Assembly: GCA_963737655.1 (NCBI GenBank)
Contig: CAVTTN010000002.1
Coordinates: forward strand, 7,104,001 to 7,168,000
Length of the DNA stretch: 64,000 bases
Source: an uncultured Planctomycetota bacterium
Lineage (GTDB): Bacteria; Planctomycetota; Planctomycetia; Isosphaerales; Isosphaeraceae
Reading direction: 5' to 3'
The notes beneath the pieces are model-generated. The model was not told the DNA's origin. It saw only the letters and a list, made by a program, of their open reading frames with translations, and ran no database searches. A program made the position numbers and the translations under genes. How positions within the stretch are numbered: position 1 is the first letter of the stretch; every line of letters begins with the position of its first letter. Of the stretch, positions 1-10,637 are shown in pieces.

Positions 1-464
1 CCCGGATCAAGGAGGCCAGGGGGTATCAGTCCCTCTCGATCATCGAGCTGTACAACGCGCAGGACATGGTGGCGGAGGAGGTGGCGCAGGCGCACGCCCG
101 GGCGCAGTCGTCGGCGGCGAGGCTGGTCCAGGCCGACCGGGCGCTGCGCACGGGGGTGGTGACGCTCAACGGCACGGTCGAGGGGCTGGAGCAGACGGTG
201 CGTCTGGGGGGGGACGTGCTGACGCTGGCGTCGCGTCCCCAGGAGGCGGTCTACGCGCTGCAGTTGCTGATGCGGGCGTTCACGGAGTACTTCGCCACGG
301 TCGCCGAGTACAACCGGTCGCAGTTCGCGCTGTACCGGGCGCTGGGCTACCCGGCGCAGGAGCTGAGCGTGTCGAGGCCGCCGGGCGAGGCGTCGCCGAC
401 GCGGCTGGGCCGTCCGGGCTACCTGCCGCCGGTCGGCAACGGGCCCCCGCCCGCCACCCGATGA
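1..464 (+). CDS. TolC-family outer membrane efflux protein, 3' part (5' end outside window)
   Basis: Coiled-coil OEP-like C-terminus (VAEEVAQAHARAQS...VAEYNRSQFALYRALG); paralog of the gene immediately downstream. Confidence 0.7.
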   Translation, partial: RIKEARGYQSLSIIELYNAQDMVAEEVAQAHARAQSSAARLVQADRALRTGVVTLNGTVEGLEQTVRLGGDVLTLASRPQEAVYALQLLMRAFTEYFATVAEYNRSQFALYRALGYPAQELSVSRPPGEASPTRLGRPGYLPPVGNGPPPATR

Positions 465-2323
465 GCGGCGCGAGGCCAGACGGTCCGCCCCCGCAAGGGG
501 CGGTGCCCCCGTGGTCGCCCTCGTGTGGGGGCGACCGCCAGGAAGGAGCCGGAATCGGATGAAGGATCGAGCCTCGCTCCGTTCGGCCCTCTTCCTGGCC
601 TGCCTCCTGGCCGGGCTCGGCTCCTCTGCGGGCCGGGCCCAGGACCGATTGGAGCCGATGCCGCTCCCGGCCGCGCCCGGCGCCGACTCGATCCCCTCGG
701 CCGTCTCCCCCGACGTCCTCCGCTTCCTCGAAGCGAACCGCCGGGAGGAACGGCCGCCTCCTTCGAACGGGGCCCGGACGGCTCCCCCGTCCCGCCCCCC
801 CTCGGATCGAGACGCCCGCGTCCCCGTCGAGCCTCCTCCCACCCCTGCCTCCGGCAACGCCCTCGCCGCTGTCGGACCGTCCGGCCTTGCCGGAGCCGCC
901 GACGGAGGACGAGGAGATCCGCCTGCCGATCAACCTCGCCGCCGCGCTGAAGCTCTCCGACGCCCGTCCGCTGGTCGTCGCCTCGGCCCAGGCACGAACT
1001 TGGGTCGCCGAGGCCGAGCTCGCCCGCGCCAAGGTGCTCTGGGTCCCCGCCCTGAACGTCGCCTACGACTACGTCCGGCACGACGGCGGGGGGCCCGACT
1101 TCAACAAGGGGATCATCACCTCCCCGAGCGTCAACTTCACTTACGCCGGGGCCGGACTCTGGGCGTTCGTCTCCACGACCGATGCGATCTACAACCCCCT
1201 GGTCTCCCGCCGCCGACTCGACGCCCGCCACTACGACATCCAGGCGGCGAAGAACGACGCGTTGATGGAGACGGCCGACGCGTACTTCGCGGTCCACCGG
1301 GCGCGGGGGACGTACGCCGCGGCGCTGTACACCGTCGGCCGGGCGCGCTCGGTGGCCCAGCGGATCGCCGGTCTGAGCCGGGACCTGGCGCAGCCGTTCG
1401 AGGTGGACCGGGCGAGGAACATGCTGGCGGACCTGGAGCAGCAGGCGGTCTCGGCGCGCCAGGACTGGCGGGTGGACAGCGCCGCGGCTGACGCGGGTGC
1501 TGCGGCTGGACCCCCGGGCGGTGGTCGAGCCGCTGGAGCGCGACCACCTGCAGGTGACGCTGGTCGACCCGTCGCGGCGGCTCGACGAGCTGATGGCCGT
1601 CGCCCTGGACAACCGCCCGGAGCTCGGGTCGAGGAGGGCGTCGGTGTCGGCCTCCGAGGTCGCCGTCCGCCGCGAGAAGGCCCGGCCCTTCATCCCCAAC
1701 GGCATCCTCACGGGGTTCCAGTCGCCCGGGGGGATGCTCATCCAGGGGGGCGTCTTCGCGCTCGGCCCGAACAGCAGCTACGGCGAGACCATCGGCCGAG
1801 CCGACGTCAGCGTCCAGGCCATCTGGCAGCTCGAAGCCTTCGGGGTCGGCAACCTCGCGAGGATCAAGGCCGCGCGCGGGTCGCAGTCGAAGTCCATCAT
1901 CGACCTCCGGAACGCGCAGGACATGGTGGCGGAGGAGGTGGCGCAGGCGCACGCCCGGGCGCAGTCGTCGGCGGCGAGGCTGGTCCAGGCCGACCGGGCG
2001 CTGCGCACGGGGGTGGTGACGCTCAACGGCACGGTCGAGGGGCTGGAGCAGACGGTGCGTCTGGGGGGGACGTGCTGACGCTGGCGTCGCGTCCCCAGGA
2101 GGCGGTCTACGCGCTGCAGTTGCTGATGCGGGCGTTCACGGAGTACTTCGCCACGGTCGCCGAGTACAACCGGTCGCAGTTCGCGCTGTACCGGGCGCTG
2201 GGCTACCCGGCGCAGGAGCTGAGCGTGTCGAGGCCGCCGGGCGAGGCGTCGCCGACGCGGCTGGGCCGTCCGGGCTACCTGCCGCCGGTCGGCAACGGGC
2301 CCCCGCCCGCCACCCGATGAGCG
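54..2323 (+). repeat. ~414-bp direct repeat: 54-467 and 1911-2323
   Basis: By eye the copies are identical from aacgcgcaggacatggtg to cccgatgagcg, except G8 (206-213) versus G7 (2063-2069). Confidence 0.9.
559..2320 (+). CDS. TolC-family outer membrane protein, split by frameshifts near 885, 1485 and 2065
   Basis: Signal peptide MKDRASLRSALFLACLLAG, then PINLAAALKL, DALMETADAYF, ALDNRPEL and the OEP C-terminus spread over successive frames. Confidence 0.7.
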
Positions 2324-2478
2324 ATGGCGATTTTCGTTCGAGAGTGGCGGTTGACAATTCGTAGGGCAGGCCTCGGCCTGCCGAGGAAGAGGCCCGGCCG
2401 AATGACAACCGCCGCGTTCCAGCGAAAACCGTCCGAGAAGGAACAGGGCAGGGGCGTGCCCCCGCAAGGAGAAATCGC

Positions 2479-3423
2479 GTGAATGATCACTTCACTGATG
2501 AGCAAAACCCACGGGCGGGCGGGCGGAACCTCGCGCCTCGGTCTGGGCCGGCCGTCCTGGTGGTGCTGGTCCTCGGCGTCTCGCTGGCGTCGGCCCGGGC
2601 CGGCGAACCTTCGGCGGATGGCCCCCCTCCGAAAGCGAAGTTCGGCCACAAGAGGAAGAAGGACGTCCAGACGCGCGGGACCCTCGGCTACGGCCCCCCG
2701 GGCCTCTTCCCGGGCTTCCCGGGGTTCGGCCTCCGCTACCATCCCGGCTACGGATTCGGCGGCTACGGCCTCGGGACGATGGCCGAAGGGGGCTTCCCCC
2801 ACTACGCCGGGACGGGGTATCCCCATCCTTCGCCCCCGTTGAATCGATTCGGCAAGATCCTCCCGACGACCTACCTCGGCGGCCCCCGGGGCCCCAACCC
2901 CGGCTGCCCGAACTTCTTCGCCCCGGTGGACTCGCTCCTCGTCGTCGACTCTCCGACGGCCGCCCTGGAGGATCTGGGGATGGGCCTGGGGCAGGGCACC
3001 GACTACGGATGCTACACCGGGGGCCTGCCCGCGGCCGAGGCCCGATTCGCCCCGTTCGCCTCGGCCGAGGCCGCCGGGGCGCCGTCGGGAGTGGGAGACG
3101 ACCGGCCCCCGGCCCCCCCGCTCGCCGCCCCTCCACCCTTCCCCGCCTCCCGAGGGGGGCAGGCCCTGGGCGTCTCGGTGATCCCGGCCGGCCCCCTCGA
3201 CGTCGGCGAGGGGCTGCTCCTTTCCAGGGTCGAGCGGGGCTCGGCCGCCGAGAGGGCCGGCCTCCGCCCGGGGGACGTCCTCCGGTCGATCGACGGCAAG
3301 CCACTCAAGACGGCCGACGACCTCTCCCGCGCCCTCGAGGCGTCCCCCGCCGGACCCTGGACTCTCCGGCTCCGCTCCGGCGCCGACGGCCAGGAACGCG
3401 AGATTTCGGTCCGGACCCCCTGA
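2479..3423 (+). CDS. Secreted Gly/Pro-rich protein with C-terminal PDZ domain
   Basis: Hydrophobic leader; PDZ motif VERGSAAERAGLRPGDVLRSIDG. Confidence 0.75.
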   Translation: MNDHFTDEQNPRAGGRNLAPRSGPAVLVVLVLGVSLASARAGEPSADGPPPKAKFGHKRKKDVQTRGTLGYGPPGLFPGFPGFGLRYHPGYGFGGYGLGTMAEGGFPHYAGTGYPHPSPPLNRFGKILPTTYLGGPRGPNPGCPNFFAPVDSLLVVDSPTAALEDLGMGLGQGTDYGCYTGGLPAAEARFAPFASAEAAGAPSGVGDDRPPAPPLAAPPPFPASRGGQALGVSVIPAGPLDVGEGLLLSRVERGSAAERAGLRPGDVLRSIDGKPLKTADDLSRALEASPAGPWTLRLRSGADGQEREISVRTP

Positions 3424-3479
3424 CCCGCCGCGGGCGGGTGCTCGACGGAGTTCGAGAGGCCAATCGGCAGGTGTGCCCC

Positions 3480-4133
3480 ATGGATCGACGCTCAAGAAAG
3501 AAGTTCCGCCCGGGCCTGGCGAGGGTCGAGGCCCGGGTCTTGCCCGCCGCCCTGACCGCCGTGGATCCTCCCCACGCCGCGATCCCGAGCGCCTCGTCGG
3601 GATCGTCGGCCGTCACGATCTTCCGCATCACCAATCCCACCCCCACCAACGCGATCCTGGTGCCTCCGCTGGGGACCGTCCGGGTCCAGAAGGTCGAGCC
3701 GAAGGTCGGAGGAACCTACAACATCCTGTTCGTCACGATGAGGAACGGCACGAATCGCACCTACACCGCCGCGGACGACCTGAGCGTGACCACGACCGGG
3801 GACCCGCAGACCTTCCCGGTCCTGACCGGCGACCAGACGTGGAAGCCGAACCAGGTGCTGATTTTTTACCTGCTCTCGAAGAAATACTATCCGCTGAGCC
3901 CGCAATACTCGGCGGGCTTCGTGTTCCGGATCGACGGCTCGATCGGGACGGCCATCCCGGGGCCGTCCGGGATCTTCCTGGGCGTCCGATACAACCCGGC
4001 GACGATCGACCGCATCCTCAACTACGCGGCCATCAACGGGCCGAGGACCCGGGACGGCCTGCACCGCTTGGGCATCGGGGATACCGCCCTCTGGGAATTC
4101 AAGCCGGCGCGGGGGCCGGGCGCGTCTGGGTAG
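3480..4133 (+). CDS. Planctomycete extracellular protein, function unknown
   Basis: N-terminal MDRRSRKKFRPGLARVEARVLPA resembles the planctomycete LExRxL leader; globular composition. Confidence 0.65.
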   Translation: MDRRSRKKFRPGLARVEARVLPAALTAVDPPHAAIPSASSGSSAVTIFRITNPTPTNAILVPPLGTVRVQKVEPKVGGTYNILFVTMRNGTNRTYTAADDLSVTTTGDPQTFPVLTGDQTWKPNQVLIFYLLSKKYYPLSPQYSAGFVFRIDGSIGTAIPGPSGIFLGVRYNPATIDRILNYAAINGPRTRDGLHRLGIGDTALWEFKPARGPGASG

Positions 4134-4302
4134 ACGATCGGCGGGGAATCCGAGCGTGAGCGAGCGGGCAGCCCGCCACGGCGTAGGGCGGACTCGCGTG
4201 ATGGCCACCGTCGAAACCTGCCAAACCCCTGTCCATCGCGGCGACGGACGAGCCGGCGAGGGATTTTCCAGGTTTCGGGCCGGAAACCCCGGGGCCGAGA
4301 TT

Positions 4303-4797
4303 TCACGGAGGAGGCGGCGGCCCCTCGGCGGCTGGGCCGGGGCCGGCGAACAGGGAGCCCTGGATCGCCGCCTCGGGCCTACCGGCCGAGGCCTCGGTGG
4401 GATCGCCCGGGGTTGCGGAGGGCAGTCGGGTCCACGCCGGGTCTCCGTCCCTCGACCAGGCGGACGTCCCCGGCGGCAGGGCCTCGGCCGGGGCGACCTC
4501 CAGGACCCGCAGCGTCCCGGGCCTCTCGCCCACCAGGGCCCACAGCCGCCCGGAGCGATCGGCCGGCGGCCACCCCCTTCGCTCCGGCGGGGGCGGGCGG
4601 TATGCAACGTCGAGCCAGGTCGAGACGTCCCCGAGGTCCTCGCTGGCCGCTTGGGGTGGGGGCCGCCGCACCCCTCGCCCCGGCCTCCGAATCGCTGTCG
4701 ATGCGGGTGTGGGGCCGGGCGCGGGAGCCGATGTTCGGGACCCGGGGCCCCGGGTTGCCCCTCCGTACTGGGCCAGGAACGTCGCGAGGTAGGACAT
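4303..4797 (-). CDS. Hypothetical protein of the satellite-like element
   Basis: ATG lies 3 nt after the DUF3987 stop, suggesting an operon. Confidence 0.45.
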   Translation of the reverse strand: MSYLATFLAQYGGATRGPGSRTSAPAPGPTPASTAIRRPGRGVRRPPPQAASEDLGDVSTWLDVAYRPPPPERRGWPPADRSGRLWALVGERPGTLRVLEVAPAEALPPGTSAWSRDGDPAWTRLPSATPGDPTEASAGRPEAAIQGSLFAGPGPAAEGPPPPP

Positions 4798-4800
4798 GCC

Positions 4801-6603
4801 TCACCCCCCGGCCCTCGGGTTGAGGAAGTAGTCCACCGTCGGCCGGCCCCCGAGGGCCGACGCCCGCTCCACGCCGATCACCCACCCCTCCCGCTCCAGC
4901 CGGGCCAACGCCGCGTGGGCGGCCTCGGCCGAGTCCAGGCCCGACCAGCCCCGCTGGGAGACCTGGCGGGCCGTGAAGGGGCCGGGCAACTCGCCCCGCC
5001 GCAGCCGCTCGGCCAGCAGCCGGGCCGGGGCGGAGTCCCCCTCGCCCGCCAGGTCGTAGACCCGCCGGGCATGGGCCTCCAGGACCTCGCACCAGGCCGC
5101 CGCCGCGGACGCCGCCCGGTGCGAGATCGGCCCCGGCGGAGACGCCCCATCGACGACGTCCACCACATGGAAGAGCAAGGCCAGCGACGGAAACAGGCTC
5201 CGATACTTGGCCAGGTGGCTCTCGATCAGCGGCGACTCGTGCTCGGCCCGGAGCTTCACGTTCTCGAGATTCTCTCGCCAGCCGTCGAAGAGGTCCTGGG
5301 CCTCGGGGGAGAATCGCAGGTAGGGGATCTCCTCGGGGCCGTCGGACTCCGCCCCGATCGCCGCCGGGTCCAGGCCGTCCAGGGCCCGGAAGACCGCGAA
5401 GGCCCGATCCTTGGCCTCCTTGTCCGGCCGGCGATCGACGTTCACCCAGGGGCCGCCGGGATCCGGCATGACCAGGATCTGGAGCCGCGAGACCAGGCCG
5501 TCGTGCTCGTCGCCCCGGGCCGCCGCGCGGAGCATCCGGGCCGGCGGGCCGGGCTGGATGCCCCCGAGGAGCGAGACGCAGGCCGCCTCGATCCGGACCG
5601 TGCCGCGGCCGATCCGGTCGTAGGTGAATGACCCGTCGCCGTTCCACGCCTCGAGGTAGAAGGCCCGATCGGCCTCGCGGCCGGGCTTCTCGAGGCCGGC
5701 GAAGAAGCCGGTCAGCTCGTCGCGGAGGACCAGGACGCCGTCGGGGTTGTCCCGAAGGAGTTCGCCGAGCTTCTCGACGGTCGGGTCGTTCGTGACGTAC
5801 CGCGGCTCGGGGGGCGGCTCCGGCGCCTCGGCCGAGGCCGCCAGGGCCAGCTCGGCGACGTCGGAATCGGCTTTCTTCTGCCTGGCGGCCTTCTTCAGCT
5901 CGTCCTTGGCGGCCGAGGCCCTGGCCTCGAACACGAGGATCTCCGCATTCGAGCGGGCCGCGGCCTCGCGGTGCCGGTCCCGGGCCTCCACCTCCAGCCG
6001 CCTCAGCGGCCTCAGCGCCTCGGCCATCGCCGGCGTCTTCAGCGCCCCGGGCGGCCCGACGATCGCGCCCCAGAGGTTGGGCACCACGGTCCAGTCGTCG
6101 TGACGCTTGGGCCGGGCGCCGACCCGGCGGCCGACGACCGCGGCCAGGGCGACCACGGCGACCGCGGCGGGGTACTCCGGGGGGCATCCGATCCGCTCGG
6201 CGACGTCCACGATCCAGCCCCGCAGCGGCACCGGGACCAGGGCCGGGTCGAGCGGCGGGACCGGCAGCCGCCTGTCGGCGATCGGCCGGGGCTCCGGCGG
6301 GCCGCCCTCCATCGCGCCGAACGGATCGGCCCCGACGGCCTCCGCGACCGCGGCCCCCCTCGACTTCTTTCGGTCGGCGATCTGCACCAAGGCCTCCCTG
6401 ATCTCCTCGGGATCGATCGCGGCGTACTCCCGTTGCAGGGCCAGGGCGAAGCGGTCGCGGTCGGCGGCGAGGGCGGGGTCGATCGCGTCGACGTGCAGGA
6501 TCCGATCCCCGAACCGGGCGGTGACCCGGGTCAGGCCGGTCCGGGGGTCGGGCACGTGCTCGAGCCTGAGGGTCGCCCCGGCCGGTGCGGTGGGGTCGGT
6601 CAC
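4801..6603 (-). CDS. DUF3987/YfjI-family replication-associated protein
   Basis: Motifs PNLWGAIVGPPGALKTPA, TNDPTVEKLGELL, RDEL, FYLEAWNG, GGIQP, DGLVSRL; C-terminal wHTH; GTG start overlaps the primase stop (ATGTGA). Confidence 0.85.
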   Translation of the reverse strand: MTDPTAPAGATLRLEHVPDPRTGLTRVTARFGDRILHVDAIDPALAADRDRFALALQREYAAIDPEEIREALVQIADRKKSRGAAVAEAVGADPFGAMEGGPPEPRPIADRRLPVPPLDPALVPVPLRGWIVDVAERIGCPPEYPAAVAVVALAAVVGRRVGARPKRHDDWTVVPNLWGAIVGPPGALKTPAMAEALRPLRRLEVEARDRHREAAARSNAEILVFEARASAAKDELKKAARQKKADSDVAELALAASAEAPEPPPEPRYVTNDPTVEKLGELLRDNPDGVLVLRDELTGFFAGLEKPGREADRAFYLEAWNGDGSFTYDRIGRGTVRIEAACVSLLGGIQPGPPARMLRAAARGDEHDGLVSRLQILVMPDPGGPWVNVDRRPDKEAKDRAFAVFRALDGLDPAAIGAESDGPEEIPYLRFSPEAQDLFDGWRENLENVKLRAEHESPLIESHLAKYRSLFPSLALLFHVVDVVDGASPPGPISHRAASAAAAWCEVLEAHARRVYDLAGEGDSAPARLLAERLRRGELPGPFTARQVSQRGWSGLDSAEAAHAALARLEREGWVIGVERASALGGRPTVDYFLNPRAGG

Positions 6604-7480
6604 ATGGTCCTCCCGTCGGCCACGACGACCGAGAGCCGGTGGACCTCGGCCCGGGCGATGGCCGCCTCGACGTCGGCGGGCGTGGCGCCCCGGCGGACCC
6701 ACTCCCGGGCGTCGTTGACCCCGTCCGGCGGGGTAATCAGGCGCACCTCGGGGACGTGGAGGACCAGGGCCTGCACGGCCGCCAGGGCCCCGTCGCGGCC
6801 GGCCGGATCGTCGTCCGCGACGACGACGACCCGGCCGGGGCGGTGGCGGCGGCCCAGGTCGGCCAGCAGCCGGCCGCCGCACCGCGCCCCGGGCCGGCCG
6901 ACGACGACGAAGCCCAGGTCGAGCAGGGCGGCCGCGTCGGTCGTGCCCTCGGCCAGGAGCCAGGGCGAGCGATCGAGGCCGGGATCCTCGGGCAGGAACA
7001 GGCCGTTGCGGCCCCCCCGATCGCGAACTTGTGCCCGGCCCTGGACCGCAGGCGGAGGCCGACGACGCGGCCGTCGGCGTCAAGCATCGGGAACGACCAG
7101 GCCGAGTCCGCCCGGGACCAGCCGAGGCCGAGCCGTCGGAGCGACCCGGCCGAGACGCCCAGCTCCCGGGCCAGCCGGTCGACCGCGGCCGGGTCGGCGT
7201 CCCGGCGGCAGCGGCGGTCGCGGCGGCCCCACCGCTCGGGGTCGTCCGGGGCGTGCAGGCGGAGTTCGACGGCTCCGCCGGGGCGGCCCCGGTCCCGATC
7301 CGTGGGGGACAGGACGTGGAGATAGCCGGCTTCGCCGACCATCTTGACCGCACTGTCTGGGGTCCGGGGGCAGATCGCGGCGGATCCGTCCGGCCGAACC
7401 AGGCACCAGTCGGCCCGGCCGCAGATGGGGCAGGGCCGCTCCCGGTTCACCCGCACCATCTTCGAGTGGATGTGGCTCAT
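6600..7480 (-). CDS. Zn-ribbon + Toprim primase-like protein (frameshift at the C7 run near 7015)
   Basis: CPICGRADWC zinc ribbon; after the shift, LLAEGTTDAAAL and VVADDDPAG Toprim motifs. Confidence 0.8.
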
Positions 7481-7890
7481 CGGGCCGTCCTCCCCCGGGC
7501 CGACCGGCGGCGGGGCCCGTCGGTCCGGGCGGGCGACGGCCCGGCGACCGGGAAACCCAGAGCTTCCAGGGCCCGGCCGGCCCGGTCGCCCTCGGGCCGG
7601 GTCCCCGGGGCGGCCGGGGCGTCGCCGGGCGCCAGCGCGGCCACGAACGCCTCGACGGCCCGGACGGTCGTGACCCACCCGCCGGGGGTCCGCGCGCCCC
7701 AGAGTCGGAGCCTCGTCCCGTCGGGCCGGGGCACGCCGTGCTGCATCATCCGGACAATGCGCGACGGGTGGGTCGGCACCGGCCGGGGGACGCCGTCGGG
7801 GCCGATGCGGCGCCGCGCCGGCGGGAAGAGGCGGGCGGCATCGGCCGCCGGAATCAGGGGGCCGTCGGCCTCGAGCGAATACGTCGACAT
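7477..7890 (-). CDS. DUF1580-like winged-helix protein (AlpA/excisionase-like)
   Basis: LIPAADAARLFP...HPSRIVRMMQHG...GGWVTTVRAVEAF pattern; lies between integrase and primase. Confidence 0.7.
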   Translation of the reverse strand: MSTYSLEADGPLIPAADAARLFPPARRRIGPDGVPRPVPTHPSRIVRMMQHGVPRPDGTRLRLWGARTPGGWVTTVRAVEAFVAALAPGDAPAAPGTRPEGDRAGRALEALGFPVAGPSPARTDGPRRRSARGRTAR

Positions 7891-8002
7891 CCGGTCCTCC
7901 GCGGGTCGAGTCGGGGAGACGTCATGGGACGCGTCCCATCATCGCCCGACGCGGAGTGCCCCCGCGCGAGTTCGCTCGAGTTCGCTCGAGTGCCTTGGCG
8001 GG

Positions 8003-9021
8003 CTACCGACCTGCTTCGCCCCTGGGCGAGAATCGGTGCCTGTCTCGATCCCCCAGGTCCAGGAGACGAACTCTGATACTCTGCCTGTTTATTTCTCTCA
8101 CCTTGAATTCACCATCATTGCATAATTGTTTGAATGATTTTTTCTTCTATTCTTGGGAACTCGAGGCAGCAACAAGTTGGCCGCCTCGTCGACCGTCATC
8201 GGGATGCTGTACGCTTCCTGTCCGTCCTCGGGTCCCGGGGCCGGCCGCCGCTCGACCTTCGCCTTGGCCAGGAGCCGGTCGATCGCCACGATCGAGCAAC
8301 GTCTCAGGTCCCGCGTGAGCCACAGGTAATTCTGGCCCGCCGGGAAGTCCGCCTGCTCCAGGCCCCAGGCCTCGAACTCACGCCGCGAGCGGAATGGCGG
8401 CCGGGGCGGGCCCTTGATCCAGAGCGACTCGTCGGCCGGCAGGGTCAACCCGCCGACCCCGTGGAGCAGGCCCTCGTGGTCCCACGCGATGTCGTACAGG
8501 GCGATCAGCCAGTCCAGGTGAGCTCCCTCCGGGCGCAGGAAGGCGGGCTTCGTGAACGGCCGATACCCGCCCTCGTGGAGGTCCGAGAACCGCTCGCAGG
8601 CCTCCGCCGCGTGCCTCGCCAGGGCCTTGAATTCGGAAAGGGCCCCTTGGTCCGCCTCCCGGCCGCTGAAGACGTGGGCCACCCCCCGATCGAACCCCGC
8701 AAACCGCGTCACCTCGCCGAGGCCCAGCGGCACGACGCCCGCGAGGACCAGGCGGGGCTCCGGCAAGGTGGCCAGGACCCGGCCCAGGCCCCGGGCGTCG
8801 GCCAGGCCGAGGTCCCCGGTCCCGGCCGCCATCGCATGCCGCAGGATCGACGCCGGATCCCGGACGAGCTCAAGCTCGAACTCGTCACGGATCCCGCGGA
8901 GCCGGTCCGCGGCCTCCGCCATGGCCGCGGCGCTCGCACGCCTCGCGGCCGCCGGGCCTCCCCGATCCGTCGAGATCCGCCCCGGCCCGCTCGCCCTCCT
9001 CGCCCGCCCGTCCCCGGCCAT
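8003..9021 (-). CDS. Hypothetical protein with probable C-terminal HTH (frameshift in an A6 run near 8140)
   Basis: The ORF track stops at 8098; one extra A gives MTVDEAANLL...KKSFKQLCNDGEFKVREINRQSIRV, ending at TAG 8003. Confidence 0.45.
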
Positions 9022-9126
9022 GGCCCCCTCCCCCTCGTCGGGGCCGGCCGGTCCCCTCGCCGGCCCCGCCGCTCGCACCTCGAGTCCCCGCCCGGGGCCG
9101 TCCCCGGCCCCGGGGCCGTCCCCCGA

Positions 9127-10317
9127 TCAGCCCACCTCGGCCGCGATGGCCCGCGCCTTGGCCAGGTCCCTCTCGGCGTAGACCTGCGTCAAGTCGGCCC
9201 GCGCGTGCCCCAGCACCACCTGCGCCGCCTCCAGGCCGTACCTCGACCGCAGGGCCGTCGCCGCCGAGTGCCGCAGTTGGAGCGGCGACCACGCCGGCAC
9301 CCCCGCCCGGCGGCACGCCCGCACGATCGCCTGCCTGTACGTCCGTCGATCGTACCCCGGGCGGCCGCCCGCGCCGAGGCCCGGTGACCGCCGGGCGACC
9401 TCCGACGGCGTCGGCCGGGTCCGCCGGGCCTCGCCCCGCCGGCGATGGTGCTCGGCGACCGCGTCGCGCGGGCTGAAGAGGGGCTCCTCCGGGTCGTCCC
9501 TCAGGAACGGCCGCGGCACCTCCTGGGCCCGGGGACCCAGCGGGATGACCCGCTCCCGCCCCCGCCAGGCCGTCTTGTGCGCCGCCGGGCGGTACTCCCA
9601 GGCCGGCCCGTCCCGCCCCAGGTCGCATCCCCGGATCGCCATCGCCTCGCCGGCCCGGCACCCGGTCAGGAGCTGGAGTTGGACCATCGCCGCCACCGGC
9701 CGGGTCAGGAGCGGCAGGACCGCCTCGACGTGCTCCACGGGCACCGGGCCGACCGGTTCGGGTTCCGGCGCCGCGGTCCGCCCGCGCTGGAGGCCGGCGA
9801 GGGTGTCCAGGGCGCGGGCGACCTCGGCCGGGACGAGCTCCGCCGAGGCCGCCCAGCGGAAGGCGCGGCGGATCCGGTGGACCCGGGCGTTGACGGTGGT
9901 GCGGGCCAGGCCCGAGGCCACCATCGCCTCGCGGACGGCCCGCAGGGCCAGCGGGCCGAACTCCGCGGCGGGGGTGCGGCCGTAGGCGGCGACGAGCGGG
10001 CCGAGGGCGTCGCGGAGGTTGGCCAGCTCGCCGGTGGGCCGGCCGTCGGGGCCGCGATAGTGGACCTCGGCGTGCCTCCAGAAGGCCAGGACCAGCTCGT
10101 TGACCGAGGCGGAGGCGGCCGCCGGGCGGGCCGGGCCGGCGGCCGCCTCGGCCCGCGACGAGGCGAGCCACTCGGCGATCAGCCGGCGGTACTTCTCGCG
10201 GCTCTCCTCGGAGCCGTAGCGGCCGAGGTAGTGGTCGCGGCCGTCGAGCCGGACGACGGCGAGGTCCTTGGGGAGGTAGTGGCGGTACTTGGGGATGCGG
10301 GGGATGGGGTGGGGCAT
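9127..10317 (-). CDS. Tyrosine recombinase / phage-type integrase, intact
   Basis: N-terminal arm-binding region (AVVRLDGRDHYLGRYGS); catalytic LTGCR, HK, QLRHSAAT, LGHA, TQVY. Confidence 0.95.
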   Translation of the reverse strand: MPHPIPRIPKYRHYLPKDLAVVRLDGRDHYLGRYGSEESREKYRRLIAEWLASSRAEAAAGPARPAAASASVNELVLAFWRHAEVHYRGPDGRPTGELANLRDALGPLVAAYGRTPAAEFGPLALRAVREAMVASGLARTTVNARVHRIRRAFRWAASAELVPAEVARALDTLAGLQRGRTAAPEPEPVGPVPVEHVEAVLPLLTRPVAAMVQLQLLTGCRAGEAMAIRGCDLGRDGPAWEYRPAAHKTAWRGRERVIPLGPRAQEVPRPFLRDDPEEPLFSPRDAVAEHHRRRGEARRTRPTPSEVARRSPGLGAGGRPGYDRRTYRQAIVRACRRAGVPAWSPLQLRHSAATALRSRYGLEAAQVVLGHARADLTQVYAERDLAKARAIAAEVG

Positions 10318-10349
10318 GGTACGGACGCCGGACGGGGCCAGGGCAGCCC

Positions 10350-10367
10350 GGTAGTACCGGTACTACC
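10350..10367. promoter_or_regulatory. Perfect 18-bp palindrome GGTAGTACCGGTACTACC upstream of the integrase; probable arm-type or operator site
   Basis: Read directly; shares the AGTAC core with the TGAGTAC repeats on the other side of the att fragment. Confidence 0.55.
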
Positions 10368-10445
10368 CGCCTGGCTCATCCGATCCGCACCGCCGACCGC
10401 CGGCGGTTGAGCAGAACGATCATCGACTGCTCGACTTACGTCAAG

Positions 10446-10489
10446 AGCGGGCGAGGGGATTCGAACCCCTGACGTCCAGCTTGGGAAGC
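10446..10489 (-). other. 3' half of tRNA-Gly(CCC); att core of the integrative element
   Basis: Reverse complement gcttcccaagctggacgtcaggggttcgaatcccctcgcccgct has the anticodon loop, T-arm and acceptor 3' strand; no D-arm or 5' strand upstream. Confidence 0.85.
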
Positions 10490-10600
10490 GGGTCGTCACC
10501 CGCCCCGAAAATCGACGGAATGCCTTCCTACGAAGCAATATACCGCGATGCCCAGCGATTGCAAGCCGACGCATCCGATGGCGAAATGCTGCGGATTTCT

Positions 10601-10637
10601 TGAGTACGGGGCCGGTAAGTGAGTACAAAGTGAGTAC
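10601..10637 (+). repeat. Three TGAGTAC direct repeats; probable integrase arm-type sites
   Basis: tgagtac at 10601, 10620 and 10631. Confidence 0.6.
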
